The notes below the pieces were generated by a model. That model saw only the letters and a program-made list of their open reading frames with translations. It was not told the DNA's origin and searched no databases. From positions 4,033 to 36,032 of the forward strand of contig JAGVXP010000051.1 of assembly GCA_018303725.1 (NCBI GenBank): a DNA stretch of 32,000 nucleotides, read 5' to 3'. Positions 1 through 7,531 of the stretch are shown here, piece after piece. The first letter of the stretch is position 1, and each line of letters opens with the position of its first letter. This stretch comes from Candidatus Woesearchaeota archaeon. GTDB lineage: Archaea; Nanobdellota; Nanobdellia; Woesearchaeales; JAGVXP01. A program made the position numbers and the translations under genes.

Positions 1-485
1 CTTCCAATATGTGTTGCGCCATAAACAACAATCTGGGGTTTTTCATTTTTGATTAAATCACATATTATTTTTGTATAAAAATCTGTTTTGTAATTTTTCA
101 ATTTTTCATCTTCAACCAAATAAACCTTGTCAGCGCCATAAGCAACTAGCTCCTTGCTGCCGCAGTCCTTTTCACAAAGCAAAACAGCAGCCAATTTCAC
201 ATTCAGCTTATCAGCCAATTCCCTTCCTTTGCTTAGCAATTCAAAAACAACCCTTGCTATTTTTCCGTTTCTCTGCTCTGCAAAAATCCAAACTTCATCT
301 CCTTCTGTTATTTCTCCTTTCTTAGCTTTCTTCTCTTCCTCAATTTCTTCCAGAAATCCCTGTGCTAAAGCATTATCCACTTCTGTTGTATCTGGCGCTT
401 CAAGTTCCTCTCCAGAGCTTATAGTCACACCTAGCCCTAAGTCTAAACTTGGTCCAGAGTACGCTGTTGTAAGTTTTACCCTCAT
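1..485 (-). CDS. etfA: Electron transfer flavoprotein alpha subunit (EtfA), partial; the 3' end runs off the window
   Basis: Hand translation of the minus strand from ATG 485..483 gives [20 protein letters not shown]...[44 protein letters not shown]...[13 protein letters not shown]. This is a typical EtfA N-domain preceded by a Cys-free extension of about 64 aa. It lies downstream of etfB. It is absent from the ORF track because it has no stop codon inside the window. Confidence 0.8.
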   Translation of the reverse strand, partial: MRVKLTTAYSGPSLDLGLGVTISSGEELEAPDTTEVDNALAQGFLEEIEEEKKAKKGEITEGDEVWIFAEQRNGKIARVVFELLSKGRELADKLNVKLAAVLLCEKDCGSKELVAYGADKVYLVEDEKLKNYKTDFYTKIICDLIKNEKPQIVVYGATHIG

Positions 486-507
486 TTTCTTTTGATAGTT
501 TCTTTGG

Positions 508-532
508 GCAACTTTCTTAAAAAGAAAGTTGC
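508..532 (-). promoter_or_regulatory. Perfect 11-bp stem / 3-nt loop hairpin in the etfB-etfA spacer
   Basis: GCAACTTTCTT-AAA-AAGAAAGTTGC, read directly. It sits 23 nt upstream of the etfA ATG, inside a 116-bp A/T-rich spacer. Confidence 0.45.
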
Positions 533-601
533 TGACAGACTAGTTAGTTTTTTATTATTTTTAACTGTTGATTATTTTAATTATTTTTTATTATTTATTG
601 A

Positions 602-1387
602 TTAAAACTTCTGTATAATCTCCCTTTCCTTCAATCTTTCAACCAAATCATGAGCCATCTCTTTTATTGAGCCCTGTAAAATTAATCCCTGCCCCTTGGC
701 AGAGGGTGAAAACACTTTCTTAACCATTGTTGGAGAAGCCTTTAGCCCGATTTTATTTTCATCAGCGCCAATGTCGGCTGCTTTCCATGTTTTAACTTCT
801 GCTTCATACGCCTTGTCTATTCCCTGCAGTGTTGGGTACCTTGCTTCATTCATTTCTTTGACTATAGTCAGTAAAGCAGGCATTCCAGTTTCAATAATCT
901 CATACCCGTCTTCTAACTCCCTTTCAGCCTTTACCTTGCCGCCATTAATCTCAACCTTCTGAACATAAGTTATTTGAGGCAAATTTAATGACTCGGCTAA
1001 CTGTGGCCCAACCTGTGCTGTATCGCCATCAATAGCCTGCCTTCCGCACAATATTAAGTCATATTTCCCGATTTTTTTGATTCCGGCTGCAATAGCATTC
1101 GCAGTTGCCCACGTATCAGAGCCGGCAAATTTAAAATCACAAAGCAAAATAGCATCATCGCAGCCCATTGCCAGAGCTTCCCTTAAAGCTTCTTCTGCCT
1201 GCGGCGGCCCCATTGTTAAAACAGTTATTTTGCCATTGGCTTTTAACTGCAATGCAGCCTCAATCGCTGCCTTATCATCAGGATTAATAATTACAGGAAT
1301 GCCTTCCCTGATTAACCTACCTGTTTTTGGGTCTATCTTGACATCTGTTGTGTCAGGAACTTGCTTGATGCAGACTATTATTTCCAT
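602..1387 (-). CDS. etfB: Electron transfer flavoprotein beta subunit (EtfB), with a bifurcating-type motif
   Basis: MEIIVCIKQVPDTTDVKIDPKTG... is the canonical EtfB N-terminus. It contains CGRQAIDGDTAQVGPQLAESLNLPQITYV. The ATG lies 1 nt after the stop of the acyl-CoA dehydrogenase gene. Confidence 0.9.
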   Translation of the reverse strand: MEIIVCIKQVPDTTDVKIDPKTGRLIREGIPVIINPDDKAAIEAALQLKANGKITVLTMGPPQAEEALREALAMGCDDAILLCDFKFAGSDTWATANAIAAGIKKIGKYDLILCGRQAIDGDTAQVGPQLAESLNLPQITYVQKVEINGGKVKAERELEDGYEIIETGMPALLTIVKEMNEARYPTLQGIDKAYEAEVKTWKAADIGADENKIGLKASPTMVKKVFSPSAKGQGLILQGSIKEMAHDLVERLKEREIIQKF

Positions 1388-1388
1388 A

Positions 1389-2543
1389 TTAAAAACCTCT
1401 GCCTAACAGCTCTGCTGCTATAACTAGCTTTTGTATTTCAGATGTTCCTTCATAAATCTCAGTTATTTTTGCATCCCTATAGAACCTTTCCAAAGGATAA
1501 TCTTTCATATAGCCATAACCGCCGTGTATTTGTATTGCCTGCCTTGTAACTTCCATTGCTACATCGCTGCCATAGAGCTTTGCCATCGCAGCTTCTTTTA
1601 CATATTTCCTGCCTTTATCCTTTACGTCAGCAGCCCTAAAGCATAATAATCTTGCTGCGTCTATTTTCATAGCCATATCAGCTAACATGAACTGCAAAGC
1701 CTGAAATTTATGCAATTTCCTGTCAAATTGCTCCCTTTCATTGACATATTTTAAGCATTCTTCAAATGCAGCCTGCGCAATGCCAACTCCTTGAACGCCA
1801 ATTCCTATTCTGCCGGAATTGAAAACGCTCATTGCCTGCTTAAAACCCTCTCCTTCAACTCCTCCAATTAAATTTTCTTTTGGAACTTTCATGTCCTGAA
1901 AAACCAGCTCTTGTGTGTTAGAGCCTCTTAATCCAAGCTTATCCTCCTTTTTTCCTAAACTAAATCCTTTTGTTTTCTTTGGCTCAATGATAAAAATTGC
2001 CAATCCTTTATGCTTTGCAGCTTTATCGGTTGTTGTAACAACGCAAACCAAATCCGCTTTTCCTCCATTTGTAATAAATATTTTGCTGCCATTGATAATA
2101 TATTCGTCTCCATCCCTTACAGCTGTTGTCTGGACATTAACTGCATCTGAGCCAGCAGCAGGCTCAGTTAAAGCAAATGCCCCAAGATATTCTCCAGAAG
2201 CCAGCTTTGGCAGAAATCTTTGTTTTTGCTCCTCAGTTCCGAAATTAACTATTGGATGACATGTAAGAGAAGCATGTGCTCCCATTGTAACAGCAGTTGC
2301 ATTGCATGCCCTTGAAATTTCCTCCATAATTATTGTTTGGGAAACATTATCCAGCTCTGCTCCGCCGTATTTCCTTGGAACAGACATGCCCATAACCCCT
2401 AATTTAGCTAATTTTTTAATCTGCTCAGCCGGGAATATTTCTTTTTGGTCTGCTTCTGCTGCATAGGGCTTTACCTCCTTATCAGCAAATTCCTTAATCA
2501 TCTTTTTAATTGCCAGCTGCTTTTTTGTGAAGTCAAAGTTCAT
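1389..2543 (-). CDS. Acyl-CoA dehydrogenase (butyryl/short-chain type)
   Basis: Carries ACAD family motifs: GAFALTEPAAGSD, ITNGG, YEGTSEIQKLVIA. The track start at 2561 is a TTG codon; the first ATG (MNFDFTKKQ...) is at 2543. Confidence 0.9.
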   Translation of the reverse strand: MNFDFTKKQLAIKKMIKEFADKEVKPYAAEADQKEIFPAEQIKKLAKLGVMGMSVPRKYGGAELDNVSQTIIMEEISRACNATAVTMGAHASLTCHPIVNFGTEEQKQRFLPKLASGEYLGAFALTEPAAGSDAVNVQTTAVRDGDEYIINGSKIFITNGGKADLVCVVTTTDKAAKHKGLAIFIIEPKKTKGFSLGKKEDKLGLRGSNTQELVFQDMKVPKENLIGGVEGEGFKQAMSVFNSGRIGIGVQGVGIAQAAFEECLKYVNEREQFDRKLHKFQALQFMLADMAMKIDAARLLCFRAADVKDKGRKYVKEAAMAKLYGSDVAMEVTRQAIQIHGGYGYMKDYPLERFYRDAKITEIYEGTSEIQKLVIAAELLGRGF

Positions 2544-2645
2544 TTTATCCCCCAATAGCAAGAGAATTGAATTATGGTTTATAAATTTTACTGAGACGAA
2601 CGTGATAGGAAATTATTTAAACTGGCAGTATAATTGATATAATTT

Positions 2646-3632
2646 ATGGTAGTAGCAACTGCTGAAAAAACCAAGGAAATAATAGAGCTTTCTGAGCAAG
2701 AGATTATTAGGATAAAAGAAGAAATTAAACACCTCTTACCTCTTATACTAAGCCTTTTTGATAGAGGACAAATCCAACCCATTAAATCTAATATAGCCCA
2801 AATCTTAAAAACGGATAAAGAAAATCTTAGATTTATAAAAGAAGGAATTATCGTAAGTCCCAATCATAAATTGTTGTTTGATATAAAAAAAGAAGCTATT
2901 TATATTTATAAACTTCTAGAGAAAGTAGAAAAGGAAGTTGACGAATGGAAAATTAAAGCAGCGATAAATGACCTGAAAAAAGCAGAAAAGATAGCCGAAA
3001 TAGAGTTTAAAGAAACGATTAGGGAAGAAAAAATACTTGGAAAAGAACCGCAGGAATTAACAGAATTAATTGCAAAAATTATAGAAAATCGGAATAACCC
3101 CCAAGAACAAATATGGTTAATTGACAAGCTTAAAACGTACAAGCCTGAAAAAGTATGTTATAGTTTGTTTGGATTGATAAATAAAGAGGATTCAGGTATC
3201 TTTGCCAGTTTCAATAATGAATGTAAGAAAAAAATTATGGAGTTGTTGCTTGAGTTATTTTTAAGATTGGATCTTAACATAAAATTCCTTTCAATTAAAA
3301 TATTTAGCCATAGAATACCTTTTATAATACTATGGACGGAGAGGAGAAGAGACCCTTTAGTCTCATACTATGTAGATATCTTTGCTAGGATGATAGCGTC
3401 TATTAAATGGGCAAAAAATCACGAATTACAACTTATGAATGTGAATGCATTATCTGCTGTATGCGGCGCAGGTAATAATCCTTTTATAGAGCGTGGATTA
3501 ATAAAACTGATGATGGCAACATGTGATAATAATATCAATAAAGTTATTGCCTCAATCAAAGAACTAGAAAAAAGATATCCTTATAGAACAGATTATAAAA
3601 ATACATTGTTCTTTATAGATGAGTATAGGTAA
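2646..3632 (+). CDS. Hypothetical protein (328 aa, K/E/I-rich, predicted helical or coiled-coil); no family recognised
   Basis: Long uninterrupted ORF in an otherwise non-coding gap. An A/T-rich TATA-like element (AATTATTTAAAC, 2611..2622) lies about 30 nt upstream. The region is visibly more AT-rich than the flanking metabolic genes. Confidence 0.6.
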   Translation: MVVATAEKTKEIIELSEQEIIRIKEEIKHLLPLILSLFDRGQIQPIKSNIAQILKTDKENLRFIKEGIIVSPNHKLLFDIKKEAIYIYKLLEKVEKEVDEWKIKAAINDLKKAEKIAEIEFKETIREEKILGKEPQELTELIAKIIENRNNPQEQIWLIDKLKTYKPEKVCYSLFGLINKEDSGIFASFNNECKKKIMELLLELFLRLDLNIKFLSIKIFSHRIPFIILWTERRRDPLVSYYVDIFARMIASIKWAKNHELQLMNVNALSAVCGAGNNPFIERGLIKLMMATCDNNINKVIASIKELEKRYPYRTDYKNTLFFIDEYR

Positions 3633-3670
3633 TTTATATGGCTTATCTTCTTACTAGGGAATAAGACGCT

Positions 3671-4417
3671 CTACATCCCTAATCCGCCATCAATCCTTAT
3701 AACCTGGCCAGTTATATATTTTGACTGCTCTGAAGCCAAAAACACAGCCAAATCTGCCACATCCTCTGGCAGGCCCATCTCTTTCATCGGGATTAATTCC
3801 ATCAGCTGCTCCAGCACCATAACTGGTATTTTTTCTGTCATCTTGCTTTTTATAAAGCCAGGGGCAATTGCATTTACTGTTATCTTGTTTTTTCCCAATT
3901 CCTTGGATAAAGACTTTGTAAAGCCAACAATACCTGCCTTTGTTGCAGAGTAATTTGTCTGGCCAAAGTTGCCTCCTAAGCCTGCAATCGAGCTTAATGA
4001 AATTATCCTTCCGCCATCAGGCATCAAAGGCAGAACAAGATGGGTCATATTATAGATGGAATTTAAATTAATGTTAATCACATCATACCACTCCTCTTTT
4101 GCCATTTTCTTTAAGGTCCTGTCTTTTGTAATGCCGGCATTATTAACTAAAATATCTATTTTTTGAAACTTTTTTTGTATTTCTGTAACCATCTTTTCAA
4201 CACTTTCGTAATCTGAAACATCTGCTGCAAATGCCTCAGCATTAACGCCTAAAGCCTTAATTTCATCAACTGTTTTCTCTGCCTCTTCCATAGCTGGCGT
4301 TATATCATTAATAACAATATTGCAGCCTTCTTTTGCTAAAGCTAAAGCAATTGATTTCCCGATGCCTCTTGAAGAGCCGGTTATCAAAGCATTTTTTCCT
4401 TTTAATTTAGTGTCCAT
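3671..4417 (-). CDS. fabG: 3-oxoacyl-(ACP/CoA) reductase, SDR family (FabG-like)
   Basis: Has TGSSRGIGKSIA (TGxxxGIG), NNAG and the YSATKAG catalytic motif. The track start at 4426 is TTG; the ATG (MDTKLKGK...) is at 4417. Confidence 0.9.
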   Translation of the reverse strand: MDTKLKGKNALITGSSRGIGKSIALALAKEGCNIVINDITPAMEEAEKTVDEIKALGVNAEAFAADVSDYESVEKMVTEIQKKFQKIDILVNNAGITKDRTLKKMAKEEWYDVININLNSIYNMTHLVLPLMPDGGRIISLSSIAGLGGNFGQTNYSATKAGIVGFTKSLSKELGKNKITVNAIAPGFIKSKMTEKIPVMVLEQLMELIPMKEMGLPEDVADLAVFLASEQSKYITGQVIRIDGGLGM

Positions 4418-4499
4418 ACAAATCAACCCCCGTTATCGCATTAAAATAATAAGTAGCTTAAAAATGTTGCGGAAATATGAGCTATTAAGTAAATGAGAC

Positions 4500-4706
4500 C
4501 TATTTGTTCTTATAAATTCTCTTGTAAGTTAATATTGTTTCTTTATCTTTCTTCTCAAAATTTAATTCGAATATGTCTCCAGCAGAAATATCCTCATTTT
4601 TTACTATTTCTGTAGGTATGGTTAAATCTAAAGAATTAGTACCATGCCTCTTTCTAGCCTTTACTGTTGTTTTCATCCTCTTTTTAGTATTCTTTGGTGT
4701 ATGCAC
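4500..4706 (-). CDS. Small SpoVT/AbrB-like DNA-binding protein (putative R-M controller)
   Basis: GTNSLDLTIPTEIVKNEDISAGDIFELNF fits the swapped-hairpin AbrB pattern (xxSxxVTIPkeixxxLgixxGDxv). The N-terminus is basic. The start at 4706 is GTG; an alternative ATG at 4676 (MKTTVKARKR...) is preceded by GAGG. Confidence 0.55.
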   Translation of the reverse strand: MHTPKNTKKRMKTTVKARKRHGTNSLDLTIPTEIVKNEDISAGDIFELNFEKKDKETILTYKRIYKNK

Positions 4707-4719
4707 ATTTAAGGTTTTC

Positions 4720-4735
4720 TGTACACTATGTACAC
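4720..4735. promoter_or_regulatory. Tandem TGTACAC-N2-TGTACAC repeat in the divergent AbrB-like / endonuclease promoter region (candidate operator)
   Basis: TGTACAC occurs at 4720..4726 and 4729..4735, each containing the palindrome TGTACA. The repeat lies between TATA-like elements for the two divergent genes. Confidence 0.4.
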
Positions 4736-4770
4736 AAAGAGTTATTTAGCTTATAAAAAAATATAAAAAT

Positions 4771-5370
4771 ATGGGAAAGAAAGAATTAAGCAAAAGAGAT
4801 ATTTGGCAAGATGTTAGTGGTGGAAAAGCTGGAATTGCAGAGAAGAATTTTTTCCAAGTATTTTCAGAATATTTCAAAGATTCGGATTTTAGGATACGGA
4901 AAAGACCAAAAGAGTTTAATAATATCTACTCTAAATTACATCTCAGTAAAAAAGTATTGGCTGAAATTTATACTCCAGATGTTAAGGAATGGAGACATGG
5001 ATTAATTCCTGATTACGCTATAGATAATACCAAAACCAAAAAAATACTATATGTAGAAGTCAAAAGACAAGATGGATGGGTAGAAGGTAAAACTCGTCAA
5101 GCTGGTAGAGGAAATGCGCATGAGGGGTCTTGTAAATTTTTCACGCCTGGATTGCTAAAAATATTGAGAAAACATGGAAAGCTTGGCGATAATGTTTTGC
5201 CCTTTTGGGTTGTGTTTCAAGGTGATATTACGCGTGACCCATGTCGTGTAAGAGAAATAACCTGCTGGTATGATAAGTATTCCGCACATTTTTTTATGTG
5301 GAGAAACTCAGCAGATGATAAATCACTAATCAATCATTTTAATAGGAAGTTAAAACCTCTTTTAACTTAA
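4771..5370 (+). CDS. Type II restriction endonuclease, PD-(D/E)XK fold, EcoRI/MunI-like
   Basis: IPD81YAIDN...YVE96VK98RQDGW is a PD...(D/E)XK motif. GRGNAHEGSCKFF resembles the EcoRI AGNAIERSHK / MunI-type GNAxER recognition segment (recalled from memory). The gene is convergent with a methyltransferase gene. Confidence 0.7.
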   Translation: MGKKELSKRDIWQDVSGGKAGIAEKNFFQVFSEYFKDSDFRIRKRPKEFNNIYSKLHLSKKVLAEIYTPDVKEWRHGLIPDYAIDNTKTKKILYVEVKRQDGWVEGKTRQAGRGNAHEGSCKFFTPGLLKILRKHGKLGDNVLPFWVVFQGDITRDPCRVREITCWYDKYSAHFFMWRNSADDKSLINHFNRKLKPLLT

Positions 5371-6088
5371 GATTCTTATTTTCATTATTCTTTTCAATTA
5401 CATCTAAACCCCAAGCATCCCAACCATCCATCTTTTTTCTCGCAAATAATTCAATTCTTTCTTGAGAGGGGAACATTTTTTCTATTGCTTTCATCACTTC
5501 TAGTGGTTTCTCACTATGTCCATTTCTTGGACTTCTAACTAATTGTTGAATATTCCTTGCACCTCTTGGTGTGGGTATCTTGCCACGCTTAAATACTAAA
5601 CATAACTCGCAATTTGAAAGAGTATACTGCCCGGGATTATGGTTCATTTTATCCCAAACAAATGCAACTGTTCTATACTCAAATCCCCATGCTTTGCCTA
5701 ATTCTATTGCTTGGACTAAATGAGGATTTGAAGTCCACATAAATAAAAGACAATCATCATTTGCTATCTCTTGAACTGGAAGTTTCATCAATTCACTCGT
5801 CTTTAATGTAGGATACTTAAATGTAGCTGAACTAATAAATATCTTTTTAGATAAATCAATACTTTCAGCATCTTTACTGCTCTTATCAAACTGCAATTTC
5901 CCGTTATAATCCCATGGGGGGTCAGCATAAATTATATCAAACTTTTTATTTGGTAATTTAGGATAAAGTTCTGATAAAGTATTTTGCTTTGCTCTTTTTT
6001 TAGCCTCTTCTTTATAAATAGAATATCCTGTTTGTTTATTTCTTACATTATTCGGCAAGGATACCCAGCCCCAATTCTGCAATGTCAT
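5339..6088 (-). CDS. MT-A70 family N6-adenine DNA methyltransferase
   Basis: Carries FDIIYADPPWDYNG (DPPW motif), LLFMWT, GHSEKP and ELFARKKMDGWDAWG. The track start at 6103 is TTG; the first ATG at 6088 lies 1 nt after the stop of the upstream small ORF. Confidence 0.85.
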   Translation of the reverse strand: MTLQNWGWVSLPNNVRNKQTGYSIYKEEAKKRAKQNTLSELYPKLPNKKFDIIYADPPWDYNGKLQFDKSSKDAESIDLSKKIFISSATFKYPTLKTSELMKLPVQEIANDDCLLFMWTSNPHLVQAIELGKAWGFEYRTVAFVWDKMNHNPGQYTLSNCELCLVFKRGKIPTPRGARNIQQLVRSPRNGHSEKPLEVMKAIEKMFPSQERIELFARKKMDGWDAWGLDVIEKNNENKNLKLKEVLTSY

Positions 6089-6089
6089 T

Positions 6090-6251
6090 TTAATCTTTCT
6101 CAATAATCAATTTATCTTTCTTAACCTCAGCTTCTAATTCTTCACCTGTTTTCCAACCCAATTTCTCTACAAGTTTATTAGAAATTACAACCCAGAATTT
6201 CTTATACTCTGTTCCTTTATATTCTCTGCTTGTTTGGGATAATAGCTTCAT
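6090..6251 (-). CDS. Small SpoVT/AbrB-like protein (53 aa), co-transcribed with the methyltransferase; below the ORF-track size cutoff
   Basis: Hand translation gives MKLLSQTSREYKGTEYKKFWVVISNKLVEKLGWKTGEELEAEVKKDKLIIEKD, which is AbrB-like (VVISNKLVEKLGWKTGEEL). A TATA-like TTAAATAC is centred about 26 nt upstream of the ATG. The junction with the methylase gene reads TAAAATG. Confidence 0.55.
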   Translation of the reverse strand: MKLLSQTSREYKGTEYKKFWVVISNKLVEKLGWKTGEELEAEVKKDKLIIEKD

Positions 6252-6261
6252 ATATTTATTA

Positions 6262-6328
6262 GATACCTAACTAGTATTTAAGCTTTTTGATACCTAAAGA
6301 TATATATTCCAAATAAAAATCTTTAGGT
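6262..6328. promoter_or_regulatory. Candidate operator/promoter: GATACCTAA direct repeat flanking a TATA box, plus a 10-bp inverted repeat
   Basis: GATACCTAA occurs at 6262..6270 and 6289..6297, on either side of the TATA-like 6274..6281 (minus strand). ACCTAAAGAT (6292..6301) pairs with ATCTTTAGGT (6319..6328). Confidence 0.4.
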
Positions 6329-6364
6329 GACGCTAACTTGACAGCTCACAAAAATATAATATGA

Positions 6365-7531
6365 TTATCCGCCAACCTTTTTGAGAATGTTGCATACAAT
6401 AGCATTTCCAATCCCACCTATGTTATGCATCAAAGCATATTTTAAATTACTGACCTGCCTGTCGCCTGCTTCATTTCTTAATTGCTTTGCCAGCTCATAA
6501 ATCATTCCCAGGCCGGTAGCGGAAACAGGATGGCCTTTTGCTTTTAATCCGCCGGAAACATTTGCAGGAACTTTGCCGTCAATGCCAAAAAAACCATCTC
6601 TTACAAGTTTATATGCTTCGCCTTTTTTGCAAAAGCCCAAATCCTCGTAAGAGAGCAATTCAACAATTGTAAACGCATCATGCAGTTCTGCTATATCAAT
6701 ATCCTTTATTGTAATCCCTGCCTGTTTTAGCGCATTTCCTGAGGATATCAATGTTGCCTCCCATGTTAATGGGTCATCCCTTTCAAAAGGGATTATATTG
6801 TCAGCGCAATAATCTGAGCCAACTATTTCAATATCTGTTTTATCCTTTGTGATAACACAGGCAGCTGCTCCATCACAGCTAATAGAGCAGTCATGCACTC
6901 TTAAGGGAGAGGAGGCAATGGGGCTTTTTTTAATTTGCTCTAGGGTAACCTTCTTTTTATAGAAGAAAGCATTTGGGTTGTTAAAGCCGTTCGAATGATT
7001 TTTGAATGAGATTAAAGCCAGATCATCCATTGTTGTATCAGGGAATCTTTGCATATATTCCTGAGCTGTCAAGGCAGCAGAGCACGGCGCATTTATCCCT
7101 TCCGGCTGCTCCCATCTTGACTCCATTGCCATCATAAATTCATTGATAATAGCAGCACTGTTGTCTGTGGTTTCCATAAGCTTTTCAACGCCAATAACCA
7201 AAACATTATTCCATTCTTTATCATTTTTCATCATCCTGTTTGCAGCCCAGAAAGCAGTTCCGCCGCCAGCACAGGCAGCAGGAACCCTTATTATCGGGAT
7301 TCTTGTTTTGAATGCAGATGAAAGCACAGAAGCCATATGCCTTTGCTTTTCAGAAGAATAAAACCATTCAAGATTGCTGACAATAACAACATCTATATCA
7401 CCCATACTTAAATCAGAATCTTCCAAAGCGGAATAAGCAGCATCATAAGCCAATAAATGAGATGGTTTAGAGTGGATTCTATAAGGAATTATACCTACCC
7501 CCTTTACGAAATTATTTTGCAAGCTCAACAC
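6365..7531 (-). CDS. Thiolase-like protein (acetyl-CoA acetyltransferase / SCP-x type), paralog 2
   Basis: Has VPAACAGGGTAFWAA (nucleophile Cys), GGLKAKGHPVSATG and an HNIGGIGNA C-terminus. By eye about half its positions are identical to ORF 12190..13323. It starts at GTG/TTG and overlaps the OFOR gamma gene by about 20 nt. Confidence 0.85.
   Translation of the reverse strand: MLSLQNNFVKGVGIIPYRIHSKPSHLLAYDAAYSALEDSDLSMGDIDVVIVSNLEWFYSSEKQRHMASVLSSAFKTRIPIIRVPAACAGGGTAFWAANRMMKNDKEWNNVLVIGVEKLMETTDNSAAIINEFMMAMESRWEQPEGINAPCSAALTAQEYMQRFPDTTMDDLALISFKNHSNGFNNPNAFFYKKKVTLEQIKKSPIASSPLRVHDCSISCDGAAACVITKDKTDIEIVGSDYCADNIIPFERDDPLTWEATLISSGNALKQAGITIKDIDIAELHDAFTIVELLSYEDLGFCKKGEAYKLVRDGFFGIDGKVPANVSGGLKAKGHPVSATGLGMIYELAKQLRNEAGDRQVSNLKYALMHNIGGIGNAIVCNILKKVGG

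Noticed and set aside
71-495. Plus-strand ORFs 71..325 and 154..495 at the left edge
   Set aside because: They are antisense shadows of the partial etfA gene, whose minus-strand translation shows clear EtfA motifs.
6086-6092. Recurrent TAAAATG gene junction (also at 8995..9001 and 15899..15905) as a possible insertion or recombination signature
   Set aside because: A TAA stop plus one base plus an ATG is a simple translational-coupling junction and is expected by chance in an AT-rich genome. It also occurs at the native accC/birA junction.
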